DNA of 64,000 nt from a virus: the IMG/VR virus record IMGVR_UViG_3300042197_003333, positions 1 to 64,000 of that record. One strand, written 5' to 3'. Below are positions 1 to 10,106 of the stretch, piece by piece; positions within the stretch are counted from its first letter, which is position 1; every line of letters begins with the position of its first letter. The notes under the pieces are model-generated. The model was not told where the DNA came from. It saw only the letters and a program-made list of their open reading frames with translations, and ran no database searches. Made by a program: the position numbers and the translations under genes.

Positions 1-94
1 TACCACCATCTTTGTCAATAATAATAAAATCCTGATTATCCAAGTACTTAAATATGATATTATCAAACTGACTTTCTGTTATAAGGTATTTCAT
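1..94 (-). CDS. Partial MKYLITE-family paralog (runs off window start)
   Basis: Manual translation from ATG at 94: MKYLITESQFDNIIFKYLDNQDFIIIDKDGG, nearly identical to the N-termini of 110..439 and 455..784. Confidence 0.85.
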   Translation of the reverse strand, partial: MKYLITESQFDNIIFKYLDNQDFIIIDKDGG

Positions 95-109
95 ATAATG
101 ATAAATATA

Positions 110-439
110 TTAGTTAGTTATTCTCAACCAATTTTGTGGACGATGTGCTCTCATTAGGGTGTCTTTAACCCTCATTTGTAGGGTATTTTCAACCCATCTA
201 CCTATAATTTGTTCAGAATCAGAAGTTTGCAAAGAAAAAAACTTAGAAATTTCATATATTAATTCGTAATAAATAAAACACCAACCATCGTCTTTATCGT
301 ATCTAATCTGCGCATATTCATCTTCTTCTGAATTAACAAAATATATATTGTCACCTTTTTCAATCTGAATAAAATCTTGATTATCCAAATACTTAAATAT
401 GATATTATCAAACTGATTTTTGGTGATAAGGTATTTCAT
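110..439 (-). CDS. Hypothetical protein, tandem MKYLITE-family paralog
   Basis: 109-aa ORF closely similar to 455..784; TATTTAT upstream. Confidence 0.85.
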   Translation of the reverse strand: MKYLITKNQFDNIIFKYLDNQDFIQIEKGDNIYFVNSEEDEYAQIRYDKDDGWCFIYYELIYEISKFFSLQTSDSEQIIGRWVENTLQMRVKDTLMRAHRPQNWLRITN

Positions 440-454
440 ATAATGATAAATATA

Positions 455-784
455 TTAGTTAGGTATTCTCACCCCGCCTACATTTTCTTTACGTGCAGAT
501 TGAATATCCGTAACTCTCATTTGGAGGGTGTTCTTAACCCACATACCAATAATTTTTTTAGAATCAGAGTTTTTTAATGAAAAGAATGAAGAAATTTCTT
601 TGATTAAATTAAGATAAATAATACACCAACCAGCATCTTTATCATATCTAATCTGCGCATATTCATCTTCTTCTGAATTAACAAAATATATTTTATCACC
701 TTTTTCAATCTGAATAAAATCCTGATTATCCAAATACTTAAATATGATAGTATCAAATTGGTTTTCTGTTATAAGATATTTCAT
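455..784 (-). CDS. Hypothetical protein, tandem MKYLITE-family paralog
   Basis: 109-aa ORF, paralog of 110..439 and 1087..1398. Confidence 0.85.
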   Translation of the reverse strand: MKYLITENQFDTIIFKYLDNQDFIQIEKGDKIYFVNSEEDEYAQIRYDKDAGWCIIYLNLIKEISSFFSLKNSDSKKIIGMWVKNTLQMRVTDIQSARKENVGGVRIPN

Positions 785-785
785 A

Positions 786-1070
786 TTACTCAGGCCAATT
801 CATTATTTGAAAACTTATTCTACCACGAAAAGGTACTGACACCATAGTAAAATATTCTTTAACTTTTTCACCATAATTATCTTTTAACCATTTTTCGTAG
901 TTATATGCAAATTCTTTTGGTAACTTATTCCAATCAACGTCAACCATAACAACAAGCTCGGGGAATACACCCATATAGTTAACAAAAAAATCAATATCAT
1001 TAAATAAACCATTACCTATTTTAGTTAGGTATTTTTTTAATCCACTTTCTTGTCCTTTAGTTAATTCCAT
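786..1070 (-). CDS. Hypothetical protein
   Basis: ORF 786..1151; ATG 1070 (MELTKGQE) preferred because it follows TATTTAT and avoids overlap. Confidence 0.7.
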   Translation of the reverse strand: MELTKGQESGLKKYLTKIGNGLFNDIDFFVNYMGVFPELVVMVDVDWNKLPKEFAYNYEKWLKDNYGEKVKEYFTMVSVPFRGRISFQIMNWPE

Positions 1071-1086
1071 ATGATGATAAATATAA

Positions 1087-1398
1087 TCAATAACCAACAA
1101 TAGGGCTGGCAACTTCTGAATTGGTGGACTTCCTTCCAAATTTATTCTCAACCCATCTATTAATTACACTAATACAATCATAAGTGTCCAAAGAAAAGAA
1201 TTTGCCGATTTCATCAACCAAGTTATAATGTATGGTACAATAGCGTGCTATAAAATGATATCTAATTTGAGCATATACATCATGTTCGTGGTTAACAAAA
1301 TAAATATTATTACCCATTTTAATTTCAATAAAGTCCTGATTATTCAAGTACTTAAAAACTACTTTATCAAATTGATTTTCGGTGATGAGGTATTTCAT
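1087..1398 (-). CDS. Hypothetical protein, tandem MKYLITE-family paralog
   Basis: Shares FKYLxNQDFI, YAQIRY and RWVEN motifs with neighbours. Confidence 0.85.
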   Translation of the reverse strand: MKYLITENQFDKVVFKYLNNQDFIEIKMGNNIYFVNHEHDVYAQIRYHFIARYCTIHYNLVDEIGKFFSLDTYDCISVINRWVENKFGRKSTNSEVASPIVGY

Positions 1399-1415
1399 AT
1401 GATAATAAATATATA

Positions 1416-1525
1416 GAAATTACGAACTAAATAAACTCATTCCCCCATTCCACTTACGTGTCGTTCCGTTCCACTATCGTTACACTACACTAATGGGTTC
1501 ATTCGTTTATTTATTTCCTAATTTC
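1416..1525. repeat. Imperfect 34-bp inverted repeat (long stem-loop)
   Basis: gaaattacgaactaaataaactcattcccccatt versus reverse complement of aatgggttcattcgtttatttatttcctaatttc: 27/34 match. Confidence 0.6.
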
Positions 1526-2165
1526 CCCCACATATATAATGGACACAATGAAGGGACAATATGGTTTCCTTTGTTAATGTTCATATTTTATACCATATGG
1601 TATAATACCTAAAGGTATAATATAATGGTAATGAAATGATATGTGAATTATGTTATATAGTAAGTGGTTTGTTAAGGGGAGACATAACGAGTCATATATG
1701 AACCAAAACCCTAAGGGTTTATTTTTTTAATGACACATTATTATGTCTCCCACATTTTACCACTATTATAAATGTCCCATATAAATGGTGTCCATTTGAA
1801 GGGGGGAAAAGTTTAAGGTGTCCGTTGAAATGGTATTGTGAAAGGGTGTAATGTCCTCATTTAAAGGGGACTAACGTCCCTCACCGCTTCATAGATAATG
1901 TGTTTCATTTTTAGCTGGAAAATGTATATAGTAAAAAAATCCCTTATGGCACTATCACCATGACCACTTTTTTCACTTTTAATATTTACAATATGGTCAT
2001 TACAATACCTGTGGTGGTAATTTGTGGGAAAAACAACACTTGTCAATATAACAAAAACCACTATATTTATTGTGGTAAGAAGTGGCAAAACATGGGAAAG
2101 GGGATTATCCCCATCCCAAAGCTCAACTGACATTTTGTCATTTCCAAATTTTTTAACATATATTT

Positions 2166-2468
2166 ATGAACAGAATTCCCCCTAACACCATTGTCAGCGA
2201 GGTTTACCCCTCAGATATGGTTATGTATTTAAAAGGTTTAAACTACCACATAGAAAGGTTTGATGAAGACGTAATTGTTTTTTTAAAGAACACGGATGGA
2301 AAAGAGGTGGGAAAACTAAACTATGTAATATACAAATCCCGTATTCAGGGGACAACATATATATTAAAAAGTTATGACCTAAAAGAAATACAAGGGGACC
2401 TAAATCAGTATAGAACTGAAATGGCCCCCATAGGTATTATAAATAATTTCTTCAAGGAGAAGTTATAG
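2166..2468 (+). CDS. Hypothetical protein
   Basis: 100-aa ORF directly after TATTTAT. Confidence 0.65.
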   Translation: MNRIPPNTIVSEVYPSDMVMYLKGLNYHIERFDEDVIVFLKNTDGKEVGKLNYVIYKSRIQGTTYILKSYDLKEIQGDLNQYRTEMAPIGIINNFFKEKL

Positions 2469-2846
2469 TTCGGACACCATCTTACTAATCACACCATAAT
2501 AACGTTCTGACTTTTGGTTGGCATCCACTTCAAAGGGGTTATTCTCATAACCATATTTAAGGTGATAGGCGGAATACTTGGAAGAAAGTCCACGTTGTTT
2601 GCAATGGGCATACTCATGAATGAAAGTTTTGATATAACTTTTAACGGTGGGGAGATTATGAGCATATAGATAAATGGTTTTTGTTTCATAGTCATATAGA
2701 CCCTTATACATAACCCCACGTTTTCTGACCTTAATAGATAGACCATTCTTTTTTCCAAGAAAGAATTCACATGACCTAACAAGTTTTTCGTTAAGGGAGG
2801 AAAGTTCCTTTGTGGTGAAAGACGATATGCGTTTATTCATTTTCAT
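2463..2846 (-). CDS. Zincin-like metallopeptidase domain protein
   Basis: HEYAH (HExxH) followed by YENNPFEVDA; TATCTTTG box just upstream of ATG 2846. Confidence 0.7.
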   Translation of the reverse strand: MKMNKRISSFTTKELSSLNEKLVRSCEFFLGKKNGLSIKVRKRGVMYKGLYDYETKTIYLYAHNLPTVKSYIKTFIHEYAHCKQRGLSSKYSAYHLKYGYENNPFEVDANQKSERYYGVISKMVSEL

Positions 2847-3229
2847 ACCACAAAGATACGAAGAATATTTCACATGGCAAAATTTATTATTTTATATATT
2901 AAAGCGTTATGGAGTATACGCTCCAACTGTGAAACAACAGCAGCCCCTTATATGAGTTTCAATGATACAAAGATACGGCAAAGATTTCAAATAAAAAAAT
3001 TGTTTATTAAGTTTTTTTGGGGGATATTTGTGGAACTGTAACAATACGTTGGGACCGAGTATACTCCAACCTGCTTATATAAATTTAAAAAAGTATAAGG
3101 CACCAAGCTAATATACGGCAAATATTATTAATCCCCAAACATATTTATTAACATAAGCACATGATGCTTATTCATTGACACAACATGGAAACAGGATGAA
3201 TTAATAAGGGGGAATTTGCTCCCCCTTGT

Positions 3230-3388
3230 TTATTTACTCCATCCACATCCACCATTTCTATGGACATCGTTTGAATGAACCGTACCTTTTGGCATGTATA
3301 CATTTTTTGGGGATGAACATGAACCAAGTGATACAAGTAGAAGAATTGTTAATAAGAATAGAACGAATGCTTTAAATGGATTTGTCAT
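3230..3388 (-). CDS. Small lipoprotein
   Basis: Hydrophobic stretch ending in LGSC lipobox; TATCTTTG at 3415-3422. Confidence 0.6.
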   Translation of the reverse strand: MTNPFKAFVLFLLTILLLVSLGSCSSPKNVYMPKGTVHSNDVHRNGGCGWSK

Positions 3389-3723
3389 ATGGGTTATTGT
3401 TTTAATTGTGTGTACAAAGATATATGATATACCCCCCACTCATATGTTAAAATATGTTAAACTCCTCCCCCTGTATGGGTGTAATAGGTGGGCACCCCCT
3501 CCCCCCTCCCGTATCCCCCCTTATATATGACATTTTGACAGGTAAATACCCCCTATAATCCCATCAATAAAATTTTCCAGAAAAAAATTATGGAACATGA
3601 CCCCCTTATATAAAATGCGTCGGAAAAGTTAAAATAAAATTTTTGGAAAAAATTTGAAAAAACAAACCCCCTAATTAAAGGGGGGAATTGTTCAAAAACA
3701 TAAAAAACAATACTTACAAAAAA

Positions 3724-4881
3724 TCATTCAACCATTACCTTGAAACCTTTTCCTGAATCATAAACATAAATTTTATTTCTTGTGATTCCTTTGTTATATA
3801 CATCTCTAATTCTATCTAAAGAAAAGGAGATGGATTTTGAACTTGGGACTTGCCAATTTGAGTAAAGGATTTTTTCTTTGATTCTATCTATGTTAAGGTT
3901 CTCAACCATTGATAATTCAAATAGAGCTTTTAGATAATATCTTTTTCCAACTTCTTGTTTAGATATTTTATCAATATACTCGTTAAGAAAATTTAATTTC
4001 TCCAAAATCCATAGAGTATCAGTATCATCAAGTTCTAATTTACCATCTTTAAACATTTGATAAGTCATTCTTGTTCTGTCTGATTTTCCATTCATAACAT
4101 AGAATATAATCTCATGCTCAAATTTATCTCCATGGCTCATTTTAAGTCTTCGGTAATTTACATAACTCTTAACACCGAGAGTTGCCTTTGACATCATAAA
4201 TGCGGTGATGTCCCAAACTTGAGAGGCTGTATTAAGTAGTTCTACATCCCCAAGAGATTTTTCCAAAATGTTCATGTCAAAATCTTCCCATATTGTGTAT
4301 GTTATAGGTAGACCAAGTTCCTTAAGAACTTCATATCTATGTTGTCCATCAATAATTTTAAGTGGTCCTCCTTTTTTTGGGTTTGGGTCAAATCCAACTA
4401 AGAGACATGAGGGTTTTAGATGTTTTGTTTTTATAGATTCACGAATTCTATTGAGATTTGCCTTAACAAGGTCCCTATTCGCTTTTATCATTCCAAACAA
4501 GTCATAGTTTGTTGTCTCATAGATTTTTGAATACTCTGATGATTGGTTAATCACATCATCCAATGTAAACTTGGAATTATCAGGATAATCTCCATAAATA
4601 ACATAAGGGATAGTCAAATTCAAATCTTTGTAAGTTTGAAATCTTTGTTGCCCATCTACAATTCTGAAAATAGCTTCAGATGTTGGGTCAGGGTCATACA
4701 CCACGATTAATGGTGAAAACTTGTAATTTTCATAATCTTCATCAATTTCTTTTTTAATCCTTTCTAAATTTTCTTTTGAAAGATGTCTTACTGTTGAATT
4801 TGAGTTGTAAAACAAGTCATAATCTGTTGTCTCTTTGATTTGTGAGAATTGAGACAAATTCTCATTTAAAATTGTATTCAT
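3724..4881 (-). CDS. Protein with two tandem ParB/Srx-like (DGQHR) domains
   Basis: Two repeats each containing ETTxYDLF and I(V/I)DGQ(Q/H)R. Confidence 0.75.
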   Translation of the reverse strand: MNTILNENLSQFSQIKETTDYDLFYNSNSTVRHLSKENLERIKKEIDEDYENYKFSPLIVVYDPDPTSEAIFRIVDGQQRFQTYKDLNLTIPYVIYGDYPDNSKFTLDDVINQSSEYSKIYETTNYDLFGMIKANRDLVKANLNRIRESIKTKHLKPSCLLVGFDPNPKKGGPLKIIDGQHRYEVLKELGLPITYTIWEDFDMNILEKSLGDVELLNTASQVWDITAFMMSKATLGVKSYVNYRRLKMSHGDKFEHEIIFYVMNGKSDRTRMTYQMFKDGKLELDDTDTLWILEKLNFLNEYIDKISKQEVGKRYYLKALFELSMVENLNIDRIKEKILYSNWQVPSSKSISFSLDRIRDVYNKGITRNKIYVYDSGKGFKVMVE

Positions 4882-5076
4882 TTTTTAATAATTTTTTGGA
4901 GTCTATTCTCGGTCTCATGATTACCAAGCTTACTCCCTGTTTATATTATTTCCTTCGAAGGATAATACAAATGTATGTATGGTGTTTTGATTAGTCAAAT
5001 TATTTTGTAAAATTTTTTTTCCGTTTTATCAATCCCCCCAACCCCCCTTTTTTATTTTGATTGTATTTATTCTTAT

Positions 5077-5412
5077 ATGAATTTAACTGAATTATCTTTT
5101 GTTTTAAAAAAACTTTATAATAGTTTGGGGAATAATTATCTAACCAAAAACTTTATTACCGTACCATTTGAATTTGATGTTAAGGTAAGATATGATAGAG
5201 ATGATGCAATTGCTGATTATATAATTGAGGTTTATTCAAATCCCCCGATGCCAAAAAGTTTTGAATATGTTCCTGAAGTTAAGGAAAAAAAAGTTACCGA
5301 TGGGGTTCATATATCTGTAATTAAAACGGAGTTTAAAAAATTGTATGAATATGTTGAAACCGATAAATCAAGAAAAAGATTTGTTTCGGTTAAATTTATG
5401 AACCAAGAATAG
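5077..5412 (+). CDS. Hypothetical protein
   Basis: 111-aa ORF, TATTTAT upstream. Confidence 0.7.
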   Translation: MNLTELSFVLKKLYNSLGNNYLTKNFITVPFEFDVKVRYDRDDAIADYIIEVYSNPPMPKSFEYVPEVKEKKVTDGVHISVIKTEFKKLYEYVETDKSRKRFVSVKFMNQE

Positions 5413-5490
5413 TTTATTATTTTTATAAAATTTTTTCCTGTTAATATAATCCCCCAACCCCCTTTTTTATTTTATGATATATTTATTTGT

Positions 5491-6729
5491 ATGGGTAAAA
5501 GATTAATTATAACAGAAGAAGAAAGAAAAAGAATTCTTAATTTATATGAACAACGTATTTCGGATTTACCTCAAAATCAACAAACATATACAGGACCAAA
5601 ACCAAATATCGGAACCCCAAAAACCAAAGACTTAAGAACCACACTTTCACCACAACAACAGCAACAATATAAGGATATGACAAGAGGGCAAAAAGATTTG
5701 TTCAAAATATATTATGGCGGAAACAAAGAAATAAGTCCAATTGGAAAGGACCCTAGTTTGGTTGAAAAAGTTAGATTAATATTTCCTAAAGCTGATTGGG
5801 AAAAAATAGGTTTACGTTTTTTTAGTATGTTTAACATATTCTCTGGATATTTTACGTCGTTGGCTGATGCTTTGAAACTTGTTGGTAATTTAATTAACAA
5901 AGGAGTCAAAACGAAAGAACTTGTAATTGGTTCTCATGGTGGAGGAGAGCAATTATTGATGACAAAATCTGGTGAAAATTTTAGATTTGACAATTCATTT
6001 TTGGAAAGTATTAAAGAAATTGTGACTCCATCTACAAAAGTTTTTTTCACGGCATGTCATGGAGCGGATGACTTGGAAATGTTAAAAGATGCTGCCGAAA
6101 AGTTGGGAGTTGGAGCATATGCGTCCAAGGGGGTATATAACTATATAACAAATGAAAGCGAAAAAGGTTTTTATTGGTGTTCACCCAATTCTTATAATGT
6201 ACCAAGGGATTCTAAACCTGAAGAACCATTGAATCCTATTGAAGAACAAAAAAAATCTGCACAAGTACAGGTTAGGTTTTTATCTAAAGAAAAACCAACT
6301 GAAATTAACTATACAATAACTACGGAAATTTTTGGAATTCCTATTAAAACTATAAAAAAATTTAATTTTGAATCTAAAAATTATGGAGTGAGTAGTATTA
6401 ACAAGGGTGAATTTTTGATTGAGGGATGGATAGACATTAATTATGATTTGGAGGAATATATAGGTGGATACACTGATAACCCTCCAGCGAATCAAGACGC
6501 ATTAGCCAAATCCTGGTACAATCAAAGCAAGAAAACGCCAAATATGGAAGAATTTTTAGGTAATAAGTTCGTAAATGGAGAAATTAAAATAGAACTGGAT
6601 GGAGCTGATATAAAGACACTGAAACCTTTTTCATTACCTTTATCAGTAGATGATGATTTTTTATTGGAAAACAATCTTTGTAGAAAAGTTGAAAGTTCAC
6701 CGGTTAGTTGGTTTGAACCCATCAGTTAA
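5491..6729 (+). CDS. Leader-bearing protein with clan CD (DUF4347-like) His/Cys peptidase-like domain
   Basis: Leader MGKRLIITEEERKRILNLYEQ; IGSHGGG and FTACHGA motifs resemble a His-Gly/Ala-Cys dyad. Confidence 0.55.
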   Translation: MGKRLIITEEERKRILNLYEQRISDLPQNQQTYTGPKPNIGTPKTKDLRTTLSPQQQQQYKDMTRGQKDLFKIYYGGNKEISPIGKDPSLVEKVRLIFPKADWEKIGLRFFSMFNIFSGYFTSLADALKLVGNLINKGVKTKELVIGSHGGGEQLLMTKSGENFRFDNSFLESIKEIVTPSTKVFFTACHGADDLEMLKDAAEKLGVGAYASKGVYNYITNESEKGFYWCSPNSYNVPRDSKPEEPLNPIEEQKKSAQVQVRFLSKEKPTEINYTITTEIFGIPIKTIKKFNFESKNYGVSSINKGEFLIEGWIDINYDLEEYIGGYTDNPPANQDALAKSWYNQSKKTPNMEEFLGNKFVNGEIKIELDGADIKTLKPFSLPLSVDDDFLLENNLCRKVESSPVSWFEPIS

Positions 6730-6845
6730 ATTATTTGATATATTATTTTGGTTTTAAAATAAATTTTTTTCCATTTTATCAATCCCCCCAACCCCCTTTT
6801 TTTGTTTTTATATTAAAATTTATTTTATAGTTCATTTTTTTGTTA

Positions 6846-6853
6846 TATATTTG
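6846..6853 (+). promoter_or_regulatory. Bacteroidota-type -7 promoter element TAnnTTTG (representative copy)
   Basis: TATATTTG just upstream of ATG 6858; further copies at 8002, 10092, 11619, 44387 (+) and 2851, 3415, 4968, 17301, 18558, 19081, 20365, 39015, 43268 (-). Confidence 0.75.
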
Positions 6854-6857
6854 TTCC

Positions 6858-7364
6858 ATGAATTTATCTGATTATACTTTTGACGAACTTGTTAAATTAA
6901 AAAACGAGATTGAATCCCATCTTTATTCGGTTTCCGATGGATATTTGTATTTATGTAATGTTCGTTCTTATGGAAGGAATTGGACTGAACGACCATTAAA
7001 TACTTATTCCCTTTCCGAATTATGTTATGGATATAATGGTGATGATGGAATTGTTGATGTTTATTCAACCAACCCTGATTTGAATATTGATAATTATGGT
7101 GATGTGTATTATATAAAATCTGAAGAAGATTATAAAGCTTGGAAAGAATGGAATTATTTAACAACCCAAATTCCATATATGGAAAAAGAACTTGAAGAAT
7201 GGGAAAACAGGGAAAATGTTCCTTTTAATATTCGTCCACGTTTTTCCCCATATTTTACCCGTGAAGACATTGATGAATATAAGAAACAACTTATTGAGTA
7301 TGACATGAGTTTTGTTGCTCCGGTTCGTATTTATGTAAGGAATGATGAAGATGGTGCATCTTAA
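6858..7364 (+). CDS. Hypothetical protein
   Basis: ORF 6840..7364; ATG 6858 follows the TAnnTTTG box. Confidence 0.75.
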   Translation: MNLSDYTFDELVKLKNEIESHLYSVSDGYLYLCNVRSYGRNWTERPLNTYSLSELCYGYNGDDGIVDVYSTNPDLNIDNYGDVYYIKSEEDYKAWKEWNYLTTQIPYMEKELEEWENRENVPFNIRPRFSPYFTREDIDEYKKQLIEYDMSFVAPVRIYVRNDEDGAS

Positions 7365-7539
7365 TATATTGATTTCAATTCTTGCATATGTTTGGATTGG
7401 ATATTGCGCCATATCACATATTCAAATTGAAGCCAAAAAGAAAAACGAGGGTATTTCATTTAATGAACAAAAAATTGGATATATTGTTCAAGTTTTGTTT
7501 TATTGGTTGATTGCATCCGTTATTTTATATGTCATTTAA
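7351..7539 (+). CDS. Small two-TM membrane protein
   Basis: Two hydrophobic segments; overlaps end of the upstream gene. Confidence 0.55.
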   Translation: MVHLNILISILAYVWIGYCAISHIQIEAKKKNEGISFNEQKIGYIVQVLFYWLIASVILYVI

Positions 7540-7573
7540 ATAACCCCTCTGATAATAGAATTGTCAGACCGAC

Positions 7574-7601
7574 CCCTTTTAATAAAGGGGTTTCTTTTTT
7601 T
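7574..7601 (+). terminator. Rho-independent terminator
   Basis: CCCCTTT/AAAGGGG stem followed by T-rich tract. Confidence 0.6.
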
Positions 7602-7612
7602 GGTATATGATA

Positions 7613-7619
7613 TATTTAT
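7613..7619 (+). promoter_or_regulatory. Phage TATTTAT(A) motif, putative late promoter (representative copy)
   Basis: Found about 5-35 nt upstream of ATG at 7613, 10203, 13297, 17322, 19165, 22302, 23438, 35810, 55899 (terminase), 61787 (portal) and on the minus strand at 47728 and 50472. Confidence 0.65.
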
Positions 7620-7636
7620 ATATAAAATAATATATT

Positions 7637-7951
7637 ATGAAAAAAGTTGTTAGATTAACAGAATCAGATTTGGTACGACTTGTTAAACGAGTTATTATGG
7701 AACAAACTCAGACATCATTTACACTTAATGGGGTTGAACTATTCCCGAATAGAACATATAATATGACACGCTCTATAGATAATAAAGTATATCAAGTGAC
7801 AATTAAAGAAATAATAAAGGATTCTACCGGTAAACTTAGTTATATTCTTGCTGATATTCCTAATTTAGGTGGTCAAAAAGAATTATCATTTATGCAAGAT
7901 GGAACAATTGGAGGTAATATGCAGTTAGGGAGCTTTTCAATCCGAAATTAA
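7637..7951 (+). CDS. Leader-bearing hypothetical protein
   Basis: N-terminus MKKVVRLTESDLVRLVKRVIMEQ. Confidence 0.8.
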   Translation: MKKVVRLTESDLVRLVKRVIMEQTQTSFTLNGVELFPNRTYNMTRSIDNKVYQVTIKEIIKDSTGKLSYILADIPNLGGQKELSFMQDGTIGGNMQLGSFSIRN

Positions 7952-8016
7952 GAAAATAATTTTTTCAGTTAATTTAATTCCACCCAACCTTATTTTTTTA
8001 ATATATTTGCAGTTAT

Positions 8017-8295
8017 ATGGAAGAATCAATTAGAAGAATTGCCAAGTATATTTTGGATAATAAATTTCCAGGGTTTGAGGATGTTCTTGTTACAAAGGAA
8101 CAACTTGTTTCCAGTCGGTTTCATCACGAAAGCAATTTGGTCTATAATATCTTTTTGGTTATTAATTTTAAAGAGCACGGAATTGAGTATATTGACAAAA
8201 TGCATGATATTAAAAAACTAATTGAGGAAACAATTCGTGTTGGTGGAATTAAAAATAGAATTAAGTTCTATACCCATTATTCTGACGAAGATTAA
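8017..8295 (+). CDS. Hypothetical protein
   Basis: 92-aa ORF after TATATTTG. Confidence 0.7.
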   Translation: MEESIRRIAKYILDNKFPGFEDVLVTKEQLVSSRFHHESNLVYNIFLVINFKEHGIEYIDKMHDIKKLIEETIRVGGIKNRIKFYTHYSDED

Positions 8296-8346
8296 TTTCC
8301 CCTTTTTTTATTCAAATTTTTTAATTATTATTGTTAAAAACAAATT

Positions 8347-8661
8347 ATGAAACACTTATTATTTTTTATTCTTACAATTATTTCACTTAATTTTATTTCA
8401 TGCAAAAAAGAAGTTGGTGGATGTATGGACCCAGTTGCAACAAACTATAATCCCGAAGCAGATTTTGCCGATAATTCATTATGCGCTTATGATTGTTCTT
8501 GCGGTTATATAACCAACGATGAAATTATTTATCCAAATTATACTTTAAGTGTTAAAAATATATGTTCGGGAAACATTCAAACATTCTATGTATCATATGA
8601 TGTTTGGATGGGAAATTATATTGGAGATTATATGTGTTTTTCAAATGTAAGTTCTTGGTAA
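8347..8661 (+). CDS. Cys-rich lipoprotein
   Basis: Signal with FISC lipobox; GCMDPVATNYNPEA..DNSLC motif typical of Bacteroidota surface proteins. Confidence 0.7.
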   Translation: MKHLLFFILTIISLNFISCKKEVGGCMDPVATNYNPEADFADNSLCAYDCSCGYITNDEIIYPNYTLSVKNICSGNIQTFYVSYDVWMGNYIGDYMCFSNVSSW

Positions 8662-8732
8662 ATAGTTATTTTGTATTTTAATTACCCCCATCTTTGTATG
8701 GGGTTTTTTATTTTCATTATATTTATTGTGAT

Positions 8733-9041
8733 ATGAGATATATCATAACAGAAGAACAAAATATTATGTTAAGTGTCCTGAGAAGAACTACTCAAGATTA
8801 TGATTTGATTAAAGATATTGTTTATGAGGGAATGGATTTATTTTTATGCCAGGCTAACTCATTTAATATATATTATGATTTAACATGTAGAAACTCGGCA
8901 ATGACTTATCTTTTAAATTATTTTGACAACCAAAATCAAGAAGGTTATTTAAAAATGGAAGATTATCTAACAGATTTTATTAAGGAAACATTTTTACAAC
9001 AAATTATTGATTATTGGAAAGAAAACAAAGAATTATGCTAA
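8733..9041 (+). CDS. Leader-bearing hypothetical protein
   Basis: ATG 8733 gives MRYIITEEQ, after TATTTAT. Confidence 0.7.
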   Translation: MRYIITEEQNIMLSVLRRTTQDYDLIKDIVYEGMDLFLCQANSFNIYYDLTCRNSAMTYLLNYFDNQNQEGYLKMEDYLTDFIKETFLQQIIDYWKENKELC

Positions 9042-9745
9042 CAAAATATAATGCATTTAATAAATTATTTCCAAAATTTATCAAAACATTGGATATTGAC
9101 GGAATTAAATTTTTAGACTCCGGCAAAACAACAAAAGTAGAAATTAGAAGTTGGAGATTTGAAAATCCTGAAATTGTTGAGGTTCCATTATTGAAAATTG
9201 TAAATCCAAAAAATATTCCATTTTCTTATAATTCATTACAAGATTTAATTGGTATTGAACTTGAATCACTTGGCAAAATAACATCGTCGCAACTTACACC
9301 AAATATAATATATAACTTAATTAAATTTGATGACTTTGAGTATAAGAATTATTATTTGCCTAATAATATTTTGGAAAGATTTAAAAATTGTGTAAATGGA
9401 CTTGACGCTGAAATTGTATATAGAAGTAAAAGTTACAAGACCACAATAAAATTAACTTATGTTATTGATAATGATTTTGATTTATATTGGGAGGACTCTG
9501 AAAGTTTTGCAATGGATATTGCAATAAAAATCCAATCAATTTTTATTGAAGATTCTGTTTTTGACCAAAGTTATTTTGTTGAAAGGGATAAACTTATTAA
9601 TGTTGCTAGAGAAACTATATATGACGAAACTTCTATATTCGAAGGGCCTATTTGGCATTGTGTGACAGATAATTTTACGGAATATGAAACATTTATTAAT
9701 ACTCAATGGCAATTCATAAACTTTAATTTTATACCAAAGATATAG
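9035..9745 (+). CDS. Hypothetical protein
   Basis: Long ORF overlapping the upstream stop. Confidence 0.7.
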   Translation: MLTKYNAFNKLFPKFIKTLDIDGIKFLDSGKTTKVEIRSWRFENPEIVEVPLLKIVNPKNIPFSYNSLQDLIGIELESLGKITSSQLTPNIIYNLIKFDDFEYKNYYLPNNILERFKNCVNGLDAEIVYRSKSYKTTIKLTYVIDNDFDLYWEDSESFAMDIAIKIQSIFIEDSVFDQSYFVERDKLINVARETIYDETSIFEGPIWHCVTDNFTEYETFINTQWQFINFNFIPKI

Positions 9746-9756
9746 TATTTATAGTT

Positions 9757-10065
9757 ATGCAAACAGAATTTGAAGAAGACCATAACTCCCTTGAAAAGTC
9801 AATTAATAGGTTTATGAAAACTCAATTTTCATGGGTAAAAAAGATTGATATTGATAAAGAAAATTTTTTACAAAACAAACAATCAAAAAGTAAATTTAAA
9901 AACTATGATGTTTATGTCGGTGTTTCAAGAGAAGACCTTCCATTTTTAAAACAAAATAAGGATGCTCTTGATACCGCTGAAGAACAATTGACTCTTTTAT
10001 TTAATGCTCTCATAAAAGATAGTGGTAATATAAGTGTTAATATAATTCCAAAAGTAATTGAGTAA
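9757..10065 (+). CDS. Hypothetical protein
   Basis: 102-aa ORF, TATTTAT upstream. Confidence 0.7.
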   Translation: MQTEFEEDHNSLEKSINRFMKTQFSWVKKIDIDKENFLQNKQSKSKFKNYDVYVGVSREDLPFLKQNKDALDTAEEQLTLLFNALIKDSGNISVNIIPKVIE

Positions 10066-10106
10066 AATTTGACATAATCAATTTTTTATTTTACATTTGT
10101 AAAATT

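Noticed and set aside
1861-2133. 90-aa minus-strand ORF
   Set aside because: No recognisable motif or promoter and atypical composition; probably non-coding
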